From the NCBI RefSeq assembly GCF_022045235.1, contig NW_027266285.1, positions 4,092,001-4,156,000 of the forward strand: a stretch of 64,000 bases of DNA, in the 5' to 3' direction. This document shows, piece after piece, positions 41,362-52,803 of this stretch (positions are counted from its first letter, which is position 1; each line of letters starts with the position of its first letter). The position numbers and the translations under genes are program-made. The notes beneath the pieces are model-generated. The model saw only the letters and a list, made by a program, of their open reading frames with translations. It was not told the DNA's origin and searched no databases. The DNA is from Haliotis cracherodii (taxonomy: Eukaryota).

Positions 41362-44300
41362 TGTAAGTGTTATTATCTACAGTGTAATATGTTGCAGGTG
41401 TAATGTTGTAAGTGTTATTATCTACAGTGTAATATGTCGTAGGTGTAATGTTGTAAGTGTTATTATCTGCAGTGTAATATGTCGTAGGTGTAATGTTGAA
41501 AGTGTTATTATCTACAGAGTAATATGTCGTAGGTGTAATGTTGTAAGTGTTATTATCTACAGTGTAATATGCCGTAGGTGTAATGATGCTAGTGTTATTA
41601 TCTACAGTGTGATATATCGTAGGTGTAATGTTGTAAGTGTTATTATCTACAGTGTAATATGTTGTAGGTGTAATGTTGTAAGTGTTATTACTAAAGTGTA
41701 ATATGTTGTAGGTGTAATGATGTTAGTGTTATTATCTACAGTGTAATATGTTGTAGGTGTAATGTTGTAAGTGTTATTGCTAAAGTGTAATATGTTGTAG
41801 GTGTGATGTTGTAAGTGTTATTACTAAAGTGTAATATGTTGTAGGTGTAATGTTGTAAGTGTTATTATCTACAGTGTAATATGTTGTAGGTGTAATGTTG
41901 TAAGTGTTATTACTAAAGTGTAATATGTTGTAGGTGTAATGATGTTAGTGTTATTATCTACAGTGTAATATGTTGTAGGTGTAATGTTGTAAGTGTTATT
42001 ATCTACAGCGTAATATGTTGTAGGTGTAATGCTGTAAGTGTTATTATCTACAGTGTAATATGTTGTAGGTGTAATGCTGTAAGTGTTATTATCTACAGTG
42101 TAATGTGTCGTAGGTGTAATGATGTTAGTGTTATTATCTACAGTGTAATATGTTGCAGGTGTAATGTTGTAAGTGTTATTATCTACAGTGTAATATGTTG
42201 CAGGTGTAATGTTGTAAGTGTTCTTATCTACAGTGTAATATGTCGTAGGTGTAATGATGCTAGTGTTATTATCTACAGTGCAATATATCGTAGGTGTAAT
42301 GTTGTAAGTGTTATTATCTACAGTGTAATATGTTGTAGGTGTAATGTTGTAAGTGTTATTACTAAAGTGTAATATGTTGTAGGTGTAATGATGTAAGTGT
42401 TATTACTAAAGTGTAATATGTTGTAGGTGTAATGTTGTAAGTGTTATTATCTACAGTGTAATATGTCGTAGGTGTAATGATGTTAGTGTTATTATCTACA
42501 GTGTAATATGTTGCAGGTGTAATGTTGTAAGTGTTATTATCTACAGTGTAATATGTCGTAGGTGTAATGTTGTAAGTGTTATTATCTACATTGTAATATG
42601 TCGTAGGTGTAATGTTGTAAGTGTTATTACTACAGTGTAATATGTTGTAGGTGTAACGATGTAAGTGTTATCATCTACAGTGTAATATGTTGCAGGTGTC
42701 ATGTTGTAAGTTGTATTATCTACAGTGTAATATGTTGTAGGTGTAATGTTGTAAGTGTTATTATCTACAGTGTAATATGTTGCAGGTGTCATGTTGTAAG
42801 TGTTATTATCTACAGTGTAATATGTCGTAGGTGTAATGATGTAAGTGTTATTATCTACAGTGTAATATGTTACAGGTGTAATGTTGTAAGTGCTATTATC
42901 TACATTGTAATATGTTGTAGGTGTCATGTTGTAAGTGTTATTATCTACAGTGTAATATGTCGTAGGTGTAATGATGTAAGTGTTATTACTAAAGTGTAAT
43001 ATGTCGTAGGTGTAATGATGTAAGTGTTATTACTAAAGTGTAATATGTTGTAGGTGTAATGTTGTAAGTGTTATTATCTACAGTGTAATATGTTGTAGGT
43101 GTAATGTTGTAAGTGTTATTGCTAAAGTGTAATATGTTGTAGGTGTGATGATGTAAGTGTTATTACTAAAGTGTAATATGTTGTAGGTGTGATGTTGTAA
43201 GTGTTATCATCTACAGTGTAATATGTTGAAGGTGTAATGTTGTAAGTGTTATTATCTACAGTGTAATATGTTGTAGGTGTAATGTTGTAAGTGTTATCAT
43301 CTACAGTGTAATATGTTGCAGGTGTCATGTTGTAAGTGTTATTATCTACAGTGTAATATGTTGCAGGTGTAATGTTGTAAGTGTTATTATCTACAGTGTA
43401 ATATGTTGTAGGTGTCATGTTGTAAGTGTTATTATATACAGTGTAATATGTCGTAGGTGTAATGATGTAAGTGTTATTACTAAAGTGTAATATGTTGTAG
43501 GTGTAATGTTGTAAGTGTTATTATCTACAGTGTAATATGTTGTAGGTGTAATGATGTTAGTGTTATTATCTACAGTGTAATATGTTGTAGGTCTAATGTT
43601 GTAAGTGTTATTATCTACAGTGTAATATGTTGTAGGTGTAATGTTGTAAGTGTTATTATCTACAGTGTAATATGTTGTAGGTGTAATGATGTTAGTGTTA
43701 TTATCTACAGTGTAATATGTCGTAGGTGTAATGTTGTAAGTGTTATTATCTACAGTGTAATATGTCTTAGGTGTAATGATGTTAGTGTTATTATCTACAG
43801 TGTAATATGTTGTAGGTGTATTGTTGTAAATGTTATTATCTACAGTGTAATATGTTGTAGGTATAATGTTGTAAGTGTTATTACTAAAGTGTAATATGTT
43901 GTAGGTGTAATGATGTTAGTGTTATTATCTACAGTGTAATATGTCGTAGGTGTGATGTGTTATCCACAGTGTAATATGTTGTAGGTGTGATGTGTTATCC
44001 ACAGCGTAATATGTTGTAGGTGTGATGTAAGTGTTATTACTACATTGTAATATGTTGTAGGTGTGATGTGTTATCCACAATGTAATATGTTGTAGGTGTG
44101 ATGTGTTATCCACAGCGTAAAATGTTGTAGGCGTGATGTGTTATCTGCAATGTAATATGTTGTAGGTGTGATGTGTTTTCCACAGCGTAATATGTTGTAG
44201 GTGTGATGTAAGTGTTATTACTACATTGTAATATGTTGTAGGTGTAATGATGTAAGTGTTATTACTACATTGTAATATGTTGTAGGTGTGATGTTGTAAG

Positions 44301-44400
44301 TGTTATTACTACAGTGTAATATGTTGTAGGTGTGATGTGTTATCCACAGTGCAATATGATGTAGGTGTGATGTGTTATCCACAGTGTAATATGTTGTTAT
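41362..44400. repeat. 45-bp GT-rich satellite (about 57 copies) ending in a 35-bp derivative from about 43950
   Basis: Unit TGTAAGTGTTATTATCTACAGTGTAATATGTTGTAGGTGTAATGT; terminal unit GTGATGTGTTATCCACAGTGTAATATGTTGTAGGT. Confidence 0.98.
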
Positions 44401-44957
44401 GTTGTGTAATTTTGATTTGGTCGTCCTTCATACTCGTATCGATGTAGTTTTAACTCACCTTCACACAATGACGTCCAGTGGACTTCACTACTGATCATAG
44501 ACAACTGTAGTAATCTAACTGTAGTAATTGTTTGTACATGACACAGCATTCATTTGAAGATGATATTCCAGCGGGTGTGGGACAGGATGTAATTTATAAA
44601 TTATAGTATTTTTTAAGCACTTGATATCATACTTTGTTCTTTCGGATATATTCAACTTCCATGGATTTTAACATATTTGTTTAACACTCCTCAGTCACGA
44701 GTGTCACACGTCAGACATTAGCTGTGCTCATGATGGGAAACATATTTATCTGTGTTGATCTTGCAATAAATTTGTGTACGTGCACAACATTTTTTAAATT
44801 TTCTCACGCATGTCAGTTTGCAGTGTAGAGCATTATAATCAAAGATTATTGTTATAGATACTCGTATATTTAGCATGTAGACAAAACTATTTTTCTGTCG
44901 GTCAATATGCCAAAATAATTTCAGTTAGAGCGTGAAGCAAATTTGGCGTTATAAACT

Positions 44958-45160
44958 TTGTTTATTGTTTAACACCGCATTCAGCATTTTTCCAGCGATA
45001 TCATGCGGCCTTCCAATAATCAAGTTTGGAAAGGAAAACCAGTGATTGGTATTGTGAGCATGGGTGTACGATGACACACAATCAACCATATAATCGAGCC
45101 GTTGAGTTGCTGCGTACGACCAGCAATACCTTGCTCAGAACCCGGAATGCGCACAGGTTT
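44958..45160 (-). mobile_element. Old degenerate copy of the family C SINE-like element
   Basis: TTTAACACCGCATTCAGCATTTTTCCAGC..CCAGTGAT..AACCCGGA..CACAGGT aligns by eye with the reverse complement of 52408-52663. Confidence 0.6.
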
Positions 45161-47372
45161 TCGAATAATAATGTAGCAGCGGGGCAGGGCAGGGCAGGGC
45201 AGGGCAGGGTAGAGATATCATGATTTACCAGATGATGTCCCTGAAAGCCACCATACTATACACTGAATACAAAATAAATTTAAACCAAGTAGCCGGCAAA
45301 CTGTTGAGAGTTAAGAAAAGTTCGATAACGATGTAAGAATCTACATCGAAGCGTCGCTATATCCTTAAACTACTCACAATTATTTCTAGAATGCCAATCA
45401 AACAGCTAACTGTTGCGAGTGTCATATGTGACAACTGTAGCTACAACTCACCACCACATGCCGGAACACTCAATACTGACAACTTCATGGGGCAGTCTAC
45501 AGAAACACGACCTTCCCTATTTTTCAGAGATGTTGACTATATAGTTTCCCGTCACACATCAAGCGAGTGTTTATGACATCGATTTGAAGTAAATTAAACA
45601 GTCACATATTGAATACCATAGTGTCATAAACATGTAGTTAACATAATGTCCACGGTGTCATTTACATCTATTAAGGTAAAGACAATACACGAATGGAGTA
45701 TTTCACGAATGCAAAATTAATGAGTTCTTCTATTGAATATTTGTAATTTTAGACCTATACAAGGTACACACTTTATTATTCATGTTCGGAGCCGCACTTC
45801 TAATTATGTCTAATTATATTCAGAATTATAGAGGGATGTTCATGGTCGTTAGGAATAGATTTCTTTGTAAAGTCTCACATAGGATATGTTTAATAACATT
45901 TAATATCACAAACAACAACTCGCGTCTCAAATATCGTTTTCCATTTTTTGTCTTTTTCATTTAATTAACTGCTGGGGGCAGTATGCGAAAATGTGTAAGT
46001 TTACCTGCAGCGGAGAGGGGTTACATAGGGCGCCCTACAAGACTCACGCATAACTCGCGCCTATACGTTTAAAATCGATTAAAACTAATATAGGACACGG
46101 CACTTTCCTAGAACATTTGTCAAGAACATTTCATATTGCATGTCCTGTCCTTCTTGATCGCACGTATCGATGTTTGAAACACCTCGTCTCCAGGAACACC
46201 ACCAAACATACCCCGTCTGGCAGCAAGCAGCAAATAATTTATCAATTTCGTGCATATATCATATATATTTTCAGTTCCACTAATAAGGTTGTTTTAGACA
46301 ATCCCCGACACTTGGGGTATTTCTTCAGCACACCAGTATTGTCTATTTTATTTACCGGACAAGTATGAAGTAATTATTGTCATATGATTTTAATTCATTG
46401 CAACACACAAATCAATGCAAATCATGGTGACAGTTAAATATCTTAGTACCAGGAATAGACACAAGTATTTAATATTTCAGCATACAATGCTCAATCAAAC
46501 ATCGAGCGTTATTTATGCATTTAAAATAACGGATTAGCCCCGGGGTCACGATCTGAAGCAGATGGTGCTAATAATTTCATCTAACAGTATTTACCCACCT
46601 GGATAGTAGTCTGAGGGGGAGGGGGTATTAAAAATGTGACATGTTTCAATTCAATCAAAACACGGAATCTAGTTTTATCTTAAAAACACTGAAAACGGAT
46701 GATTTCAAACAAAATTAATGCACCCAAAGTTCTGTGACACAATTCATTTGGACGTTACTTTGATGCATTCATTTCTCGGTGCTAGTATGCTGTGTCACGA
46801 GCATTTTTGTTTCTGTATCATGCAGTGATTTAATATTCATGGAATGCGTTTTATTTAAAGGTAATACTATTTCTAAAAGCGATACAATTATTTGAAACAT
46901 TGGATGGGTTGAGCTGCTTCCACTTTTAGATGGTTTACAACAAATTGGTAGGCCATTACACTTTTTGTTAATTAATGGAGACAGGACGCGGTGTGTTTTT
47001 TCACGGATAAAAAAAATCCGTAACATGATTATTGATCACGAAGATATCCATAGCATAAACACTATCCACTGATTAATTCCATAATGACATGACGAAGACA
47101 CCTTATATAACGTTACCACACGGCCTACTTTGTCAACCACTCTCATACAGCAGGCGAGACAATAGCGACAACCAAATGCAACATTGAAATTAACAATAAA
47201 TACATAAAAATGCACATTGCTATCTTGTAGCAGGGGAACAGATTTGTTAAACTTCAAAAAGTCTCAAATACATTGCAAGACATTTAGATAGCTCTCTGTA
47301 AAACACAGTGAAATACATTTAGAGAGTGCTCTGTTCTGTATAACAAGGACACTTCCTTAAAGTTTAAGATGC

Positions 47373-47930
47373 ACCTACCTTATCCGTTACGTGTCTGCTT
47401 ATAACTTTAATCACGGGATCGTACGACTTGCTAAAGGACCGACGTTAGAAATTGTGATGTCTTTATAGTCAACCTCATCGGGGTCGCTTGCCTACGCCTA
47501 CACAGCTGTACACTCAAATGAAACGGGGTAGGTAACGATAGCCCTGACGTCACATCACGTGACCACGTCAGCGCGTGCAATCGATGAGTATCGTCCCACG
47601 ATGCTGGTCGTCAGGAATGCGGCGGTCCCTGAAAACATAACGAATTAGATGCCACTCTGTTCGCGGATGGAACTGGGCGGATGAACGTGTTCCCTGGATA
47701 AGCAAATCAGGCTGCAAAATAAATGTGTTCCACAGCATTAGGCTTCCAAATGAGGCTGAATCACAGGGGCGGGCGGGATCGGAAGGGCTCAGTGGCAGAT
47801 TAGGGTGTCCAATAGGGATCCACATTTCCTATATGGGATAACAGGCTCTACATTACCCTTGCATTTTCTTGGCACGGAAAGAGTTTAAGTTAAAAACCCG
47901 CCCAGCCTGTCAATTATCTTCCGGTGAAAA
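47373..47930 (-). promoter_or_regulatory. Candidate Pol II promoter with a short non-coding first exon
   Basis: TGACGTCA 47545-52, TCACGTGA 47555-62, CCACGTCA 47563-70, GC box ~47766, CCAAT ~47809, CTTCCGG ~47918. On the minus strand: TATAAAG at ~47467-47461 and donor AAG|GTAGGT at ~47378. Confidence 0.4.
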
Positions 47931-48061
47931 TGTCGAAAGAAATGTTAACTGAGGCATATTGAATTATGACAACAGTATCACACTGGGTTATCTTAATAAG
48001 TGAAATAAAAGCGTTTCTATACAGGTTATACATACAACTACGGTAAAAGCGGATATTAAAT

Positions 48062-48170
48062 ACCCGTGAGGATCCGAGTTAGAAGAGGTCTTCAGCAACC
48101 CATGCTTGCCGTTATAAGGCGACTATGCTTGTCGTAAGAGGCGACTAACGGTATCGGGTGGTCAGGCTCC
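48062..48170 (+). mobile_element. 5' part of a family C SINE-like element
   Basis: ACCCGTGAGGATCCGAGTTAGAAGAGGTCTTCAGCAACCCATGCTTGCC..GTCGTAAGAGGCGACTAACGG..GGTCAGGCTC matches the sequence from 52408. Confidence 0.85.
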
Positions 48171-49401
48171 ACGCCCGACCCCGCGTTATAAGCGGTAACT
48201 TGATACCCACACAAGCAGGAGACCTATCCGGTAGAAGGGTACCTGGCCTCTTGGTTGACTAATAATTTATAGGATTAATAATTGCTGGCGGAAACGGTAG
48301 TCAAGGTTTGCAGAGTCGTACTTGATATAGCTGAAGTCAACACTTGATGACCCTTTCTGGTAGAAAATAGCATAAACTGCGGCCAACTAAAATATTAAAC
48401 TATTGGAGGAATGTCACGATGGTTATAAGTAATATAGTTATCTAAAAAGAGAAAAAAGGTTTTCCTTGGTAATTGAATTTTTTATTCAGAATTAAAGTTT
48501 GAGATGAGATTTATAAAGAATGATATTATCCTTCGAATCTTGAATGTGCTGCAGTTAAAGTACTAGTATTCACTGGTGACGTCATTAATGGCGTAAGGCA
48601 CCATTGTAATCTATTGCATGTACCGCAGCGGCATTGACATGATCGTCATGTTGTTTTATTCTATATAGCCATGCTATTTTTAAGTGAACTTCATGTCAAT
48701 AGTCCCCAAGTTTTGTTATATAATATATCGAGTTGGACGAGACCGCGAGTTTGAAAGTTGATCTATGTCGAACTTGCGTTGAACAGAGGCATTTTGATTG
48801 GCTGTTGATTTCATACTGGCATAATGTGCGTTTCGTGTGATTCCATTACTGGAACGATTGCCATGTTACCACCTTCATTGAACAAGTCATTGGTTGAAGA
48901 TGGAGACGTGGTTTTCAAGTCAGAATTATTTGTATGCTTTAATTGGTTCAATGGTTTGGATATTTAGTTAACAACACTCGCTTCGTTCTGACAGATTCCT
49001 GTTTGTGAGTACGGTAAGTGGGTGCTATGCATCTTGGCCGTGTGCCAGTTCACACCTGACTTGGGTTAAACGCCGTTATTAACTTAAAAGTGACGCATGT
49101 CGTCGTATAGTCGTTTTTCACTTTGGTGCAACTCAAGAGCCGGACCTGGTGCTTTTAATGATAAAAGCCGGGGTGAAGCTGAGATTAGGTTCCATTATCA
49201 GTGGCTCCTGACAACTGGCGGACGCCAGCCTCCTGATGTCTGCACATCCTAAGACGCCCATCATGGCGTGATCTCGTGCCTGCCTGCGTTATTATGTCAC
49301 TGGTAAAGTGGGTCGGAGCAGACTGGTTTACCGAATCCTAGTTCCAGGTCGCCATGCTATATAAGAGGTACTGACGACCCACATCACTCTTTCTATGTAG
49401 T

Positions 49402-49518
49402 GTGCGTGAATAGGTAGAGTTTTACGCCGCTTTTAACCATGTTCCCGCCATAAACTGGGGGACAGAAATAGGCTTCACACATTATTCCCACGTGAGGTAT
49501 CGTGCCCGAGTACTCGTC
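49402..49518 (-). mobile_element. Degenerate family A SINE fragment
   Basis: GTTTTACGCCGCTTTT..GGGGACAGAAATAGGCTTCACACATT matches the family A 3' half. Confidence 0.7.
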
Positions 49519-49718
49519 CATCTATGAAGAAAGGGAGGTTTGTTGTACAGTTGGTTATCCAAGGACGTATTTCTTAGCGTAAACAGTTGGAATATAGCTA
49601 AATGTAAGTGAGAAATGAGTCGGGTTTAACGCTGCTTTGAAAAGTATCTCAGTGTAGCACGGCGTGATGCAGGTCACTGCTACTTACTATTGTTTGATTA
49701 AAGAACTAAGTATAATTG

Positions 49719-49797
49719 GACAGCCTCCGTGATCTAGTGGTAGAGCGTCTGTCCGAAGAGCGGAAGGTCGGGGGGTGGATTCCCGGACGCGTCATAT
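49719..49797 (+). mobile_element. tRNA-like head of a family D SINE
   Basis: CCTCCGTGATCTAGTGGTAGAGCG..ATTCCCGGACGCGTCATA matches the sequence from 56733. Confidence 0.7.
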
Positions 49798-49803
49798 GAT
49801 GTT

Positions 49804-49852
<49 letters not shown>

Positions 49853-50082
49853 GCGAAGATCTGGGGTAGAATAGGTCTTGAGCAGCCCCTGCTTGCCGTA
49901 AAAGGCGACTAACGGGACCGAGTGGTCAGGCTCGCTGACTTGTTTGATGAATGTCATCGTATCCCAATAGCGTTGCTCGATACTCATGATGTGAATCACT
50001 GGGTTGTCTGGTCCAGACTCGATTTTGTACAGACCGCCGTCATGTAGCTGGAATATTGCTAAGTGCGGCGTTAAACAAACAA
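49804..50082 (+). mobile_element. Family C SINE-like element with a C34(AC)7 expansion at its 5' end
   Basis: GAAGATCTGGGGTAGAATAGGTCTT..GCCGTAAAAGGCGACTAACGGG..GCTGGAATATTGCTAAGTGCGGCGTTAAACAAAC. Confidence 0.88.
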
Positions 50083-50094
50083 GAATAATTCTTA

Positions 50095-50360
50095 ACGTAA
50101 ATGTTAAATTTTGGGATGAGACATTTTGGCAAGAAGTAGGCATCCCCATGGGCACCAATTGTGCTCCCCTTCTGGCTCATCTGTTTCTTTATGCATATGA
50201 TTCGAAATTTCTGCTCAGATTGGCAATATCAAAACAAAAGGAAATTAACTTAAATTTACAACATTCAAAGTCTCAGTAAAGCTTTCAAAAGGTTTTCTGG
50301 TAGACATGTGAAGGACATTTCCAAATGTGACGTGTTAGTGACTAAAATGATGCCCGATGC
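50095..50360 (+). mobile_element. Penelope-like RT fragment, internally deleted
   Basis: WQEVGIPMGTNCAPLLAHLFLYAYDS, then a jump to LSKAFKRFSGRHVKDISK; same family as 38766-40965. Confidence 0.88.
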
Positions 50361-50682
50361 ATCGTGAATATCGTATTGAAGAGATGAAGAAACGTAAATT
50401 TGACAAGATGAACTCAATATGATTTTGAAAGTCTATTTGCTGCTGTCTAACCTATCAGTCTAGCTCTGTTGTACCTAGCTATGGTGCGTCCTATTAAGAC
50501 CATCTAAACGATTATGTTATACCATCTAAACGAATATGTTATACCTACGTCCTGGTTTGACGATCTATGAGACATAACTGTTGAATGTACGTCCTATCGC
50601 GACGACATATCATGCCTTTCTGACCTCAAATCAAGTGAGTCCGATTTGCCTCGTTTTGCACGTGCTCGGACAGCAAGTATGC

Positions 50683-51575
50683 TAGCCATCAGTCACTACT
50701 GATATCTAGTCACCCATTAATGGTAGCCATCAGTCAATACTGATATCTAGTCACCCATTAATGGTAGCCATCAGTCAATACTGATATCTAGTCACCCATT
50801 AATGGTAGCCATCAGTCAATACTGATATCTAGTCACCCATTGAAGGTAGCCATCAGTCACTACTGATATCTAGTAACCCGTTAATGGTAGCCATCAGTCA
50901 ATACTGACAGCTAGTCACCCACTGAAGGTAGCCATCAGTCACTACTGATATCTAGTAACCCATTAATGGTAGCCATCAGTCAATACTGATATCTAGGCAC
51001 TCATTAATGGTAGCCATCAGTCAAACTGATATCTAGTCACCCATTAATGGTAGCCATCAGTCAATACCGACAGCTAGTCACTCATTAATGGTAGCCATCG
51101 GTCAATACTGACAGCTAGTCACCCATTGAAGGTAGCCATCAGTCAAAACTGACACCTAGTCACTCATAAATGGTAGCCATCAGTCAATACTGACAGCTAA
51201 TCACTCATTAATGGTAGCCATCAGTCAATACAGATATCTAGTCACTCATTGAAGGTAGCCATCAGTCAAAACTGACAGCTAGGCACCCATTGAAGGTAGC
51301 CATCAGTCAATACTGACAGCTAGTCACTCATTAATGGTAGCTATCAGTCAATACTGACAGCTAGTCACCCATTGAAGGTAGCCATCAGTTAATACTGACA
51401 GCTAGTCACCGATTGAAGGTAGCCATCAGTCAAAACTGATATCTAGTAACCCATGAAGGTAGCCATCAGTCAAAACTGACAGCTAGTCACCTATTGAAGG
51501 TAGCTATCAGTCAAAACTGATATCGTGTCACCCATTGAAGGTAGCCATCAGTCAAAACTGATAGCCAGTCACCTA
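50683..51575. repeat. 41-bp minisatellite, about 22 copies
   Basis: Unit GTAGCCATCAGTCAATACTGATATCTAGTCACCCATTAATG, with an internal mini-hairpin ATCAGT-CAAT-ACTGAT. Confidence 0.97.
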
Positions 51576-52407
51576 TTATTTTGATCATATTACACTGCAC
51601 AGATGAATGATTATCAGCTTAATGTAAATAATTCGAAAATTATATGTAACATTGTGGAAATGTTCAGTGTTAGAAAGTTCACCCATCAGCTGAAAACAGT
51701 TTGTACAGAGGTAACAGGTTCGTGTTTCTAGCATGTTTTCAGTTTTGTTCGTGATCTGGAAGGTTTGCTATCGTTATCATCCATCTATTTGCGTTAAGTC
51801 GCGAGCTAAGGCCGTGACTATATGATCGCAACATCTATATCATCGGCAACGAACGTCAACGACCAAGGGCTGGACGAATTGACCAATTCTCATGGATTGC
51901 ATGGTGTTTATAGGAGCTCCCTGGAGTGTGTCGGAGTTACAGTTCAAGAATATCGGTATTTTCACAGCACTTGTGGACCAAGTGGTAAGTACCTTTACTT
52001 GTGACATATTGGGGGATCTCTGACAATCTGGTGTCTCTCCAGGCAACTGTAGAGTAAGTCGGTGACATACATACACATGATGCTATGCCGCCTATATCGC
52101 ATTGATGGAGTTGTGGCACTCGGCTTGGGTCAAGTAGCTGATGACGTTGAGTCTGCAGCCGGACTAGCGTACTTCATTGCTCATTGGGTTAGAACATTAC
52201 AAGATACATATGCGGTTGAAATGAATTGTGTTTCCTGATACTGTTCATCACAGTTGTTATTTCCTGCAGTGGCACATAGTAGCCCTACACAGCACATTAC
52301 CAGATAATGGATTCATTTACAAAATGACCTCCTGCACATATACAAGGAATGTTGTTGCTAGGAATGACGTAAACTAGGTCTTTGCCTGGGAGATGACAGA
52401 AGCAATG

Positions 52408-52663
52408 GACCCGTGCAGATCCGGGTTAGAAAAGTTCTTCAGCAACTCATGCTTGCCGTAACAGGCGACTATGCTTGTCGTAAGAGGCGACCAACGGGAT
52501 CGGGTGGTCAGACTCGCTGACGTGGTTGATGCATGTCGTCGTAACTCAATTGCGGAGATCGATGCTCATGATGTCAATCACTGGATTGTCTGGTCCGGGC
52601 TCGATTATTTATGTCCTATGGCTGGAATATTGCTGAGTGCGACGTTAAACAACAAAGAAACAA
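52408..52663 (+). mobile_element. Family C SINE-like element, full length, no tRNA head
   Basis: Perfect 12-bp TSD ACAGAAGCAATG (52396-52407 and 52664-52675). The 3' tail GCTGGAATATTGCTGAGTGCGACGTTAAAC resembles families A and B. A-rich end. Confidence 0.92.
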
Positions 52664-52803
52664 ACAGAAGCAATGATTTTGGTATCGATTTTGGTGTTTG
52701 TTGTTGTTTCACAAACATGAAAACCTTTGTTGAATAGAGCAAACGTACTACAGTACAAATACACTTATGTAGTAAGTTACTATTTGTTTTGAAACGTCAG
52801 TAT

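Noticed and set aside
41342-43418. Cys-rich or Thr/Tyr-rich 15-aa repeat proteins
   Set aside because: Frequent 1-bp indel variants and stops break the frame across the 45-bp array, and no flanking exon structure is seen.
45181-45210. (GGGCA)5 G-quadruplex-capable tract
   Set aside because: An ordinary short microsatellite with no further context.
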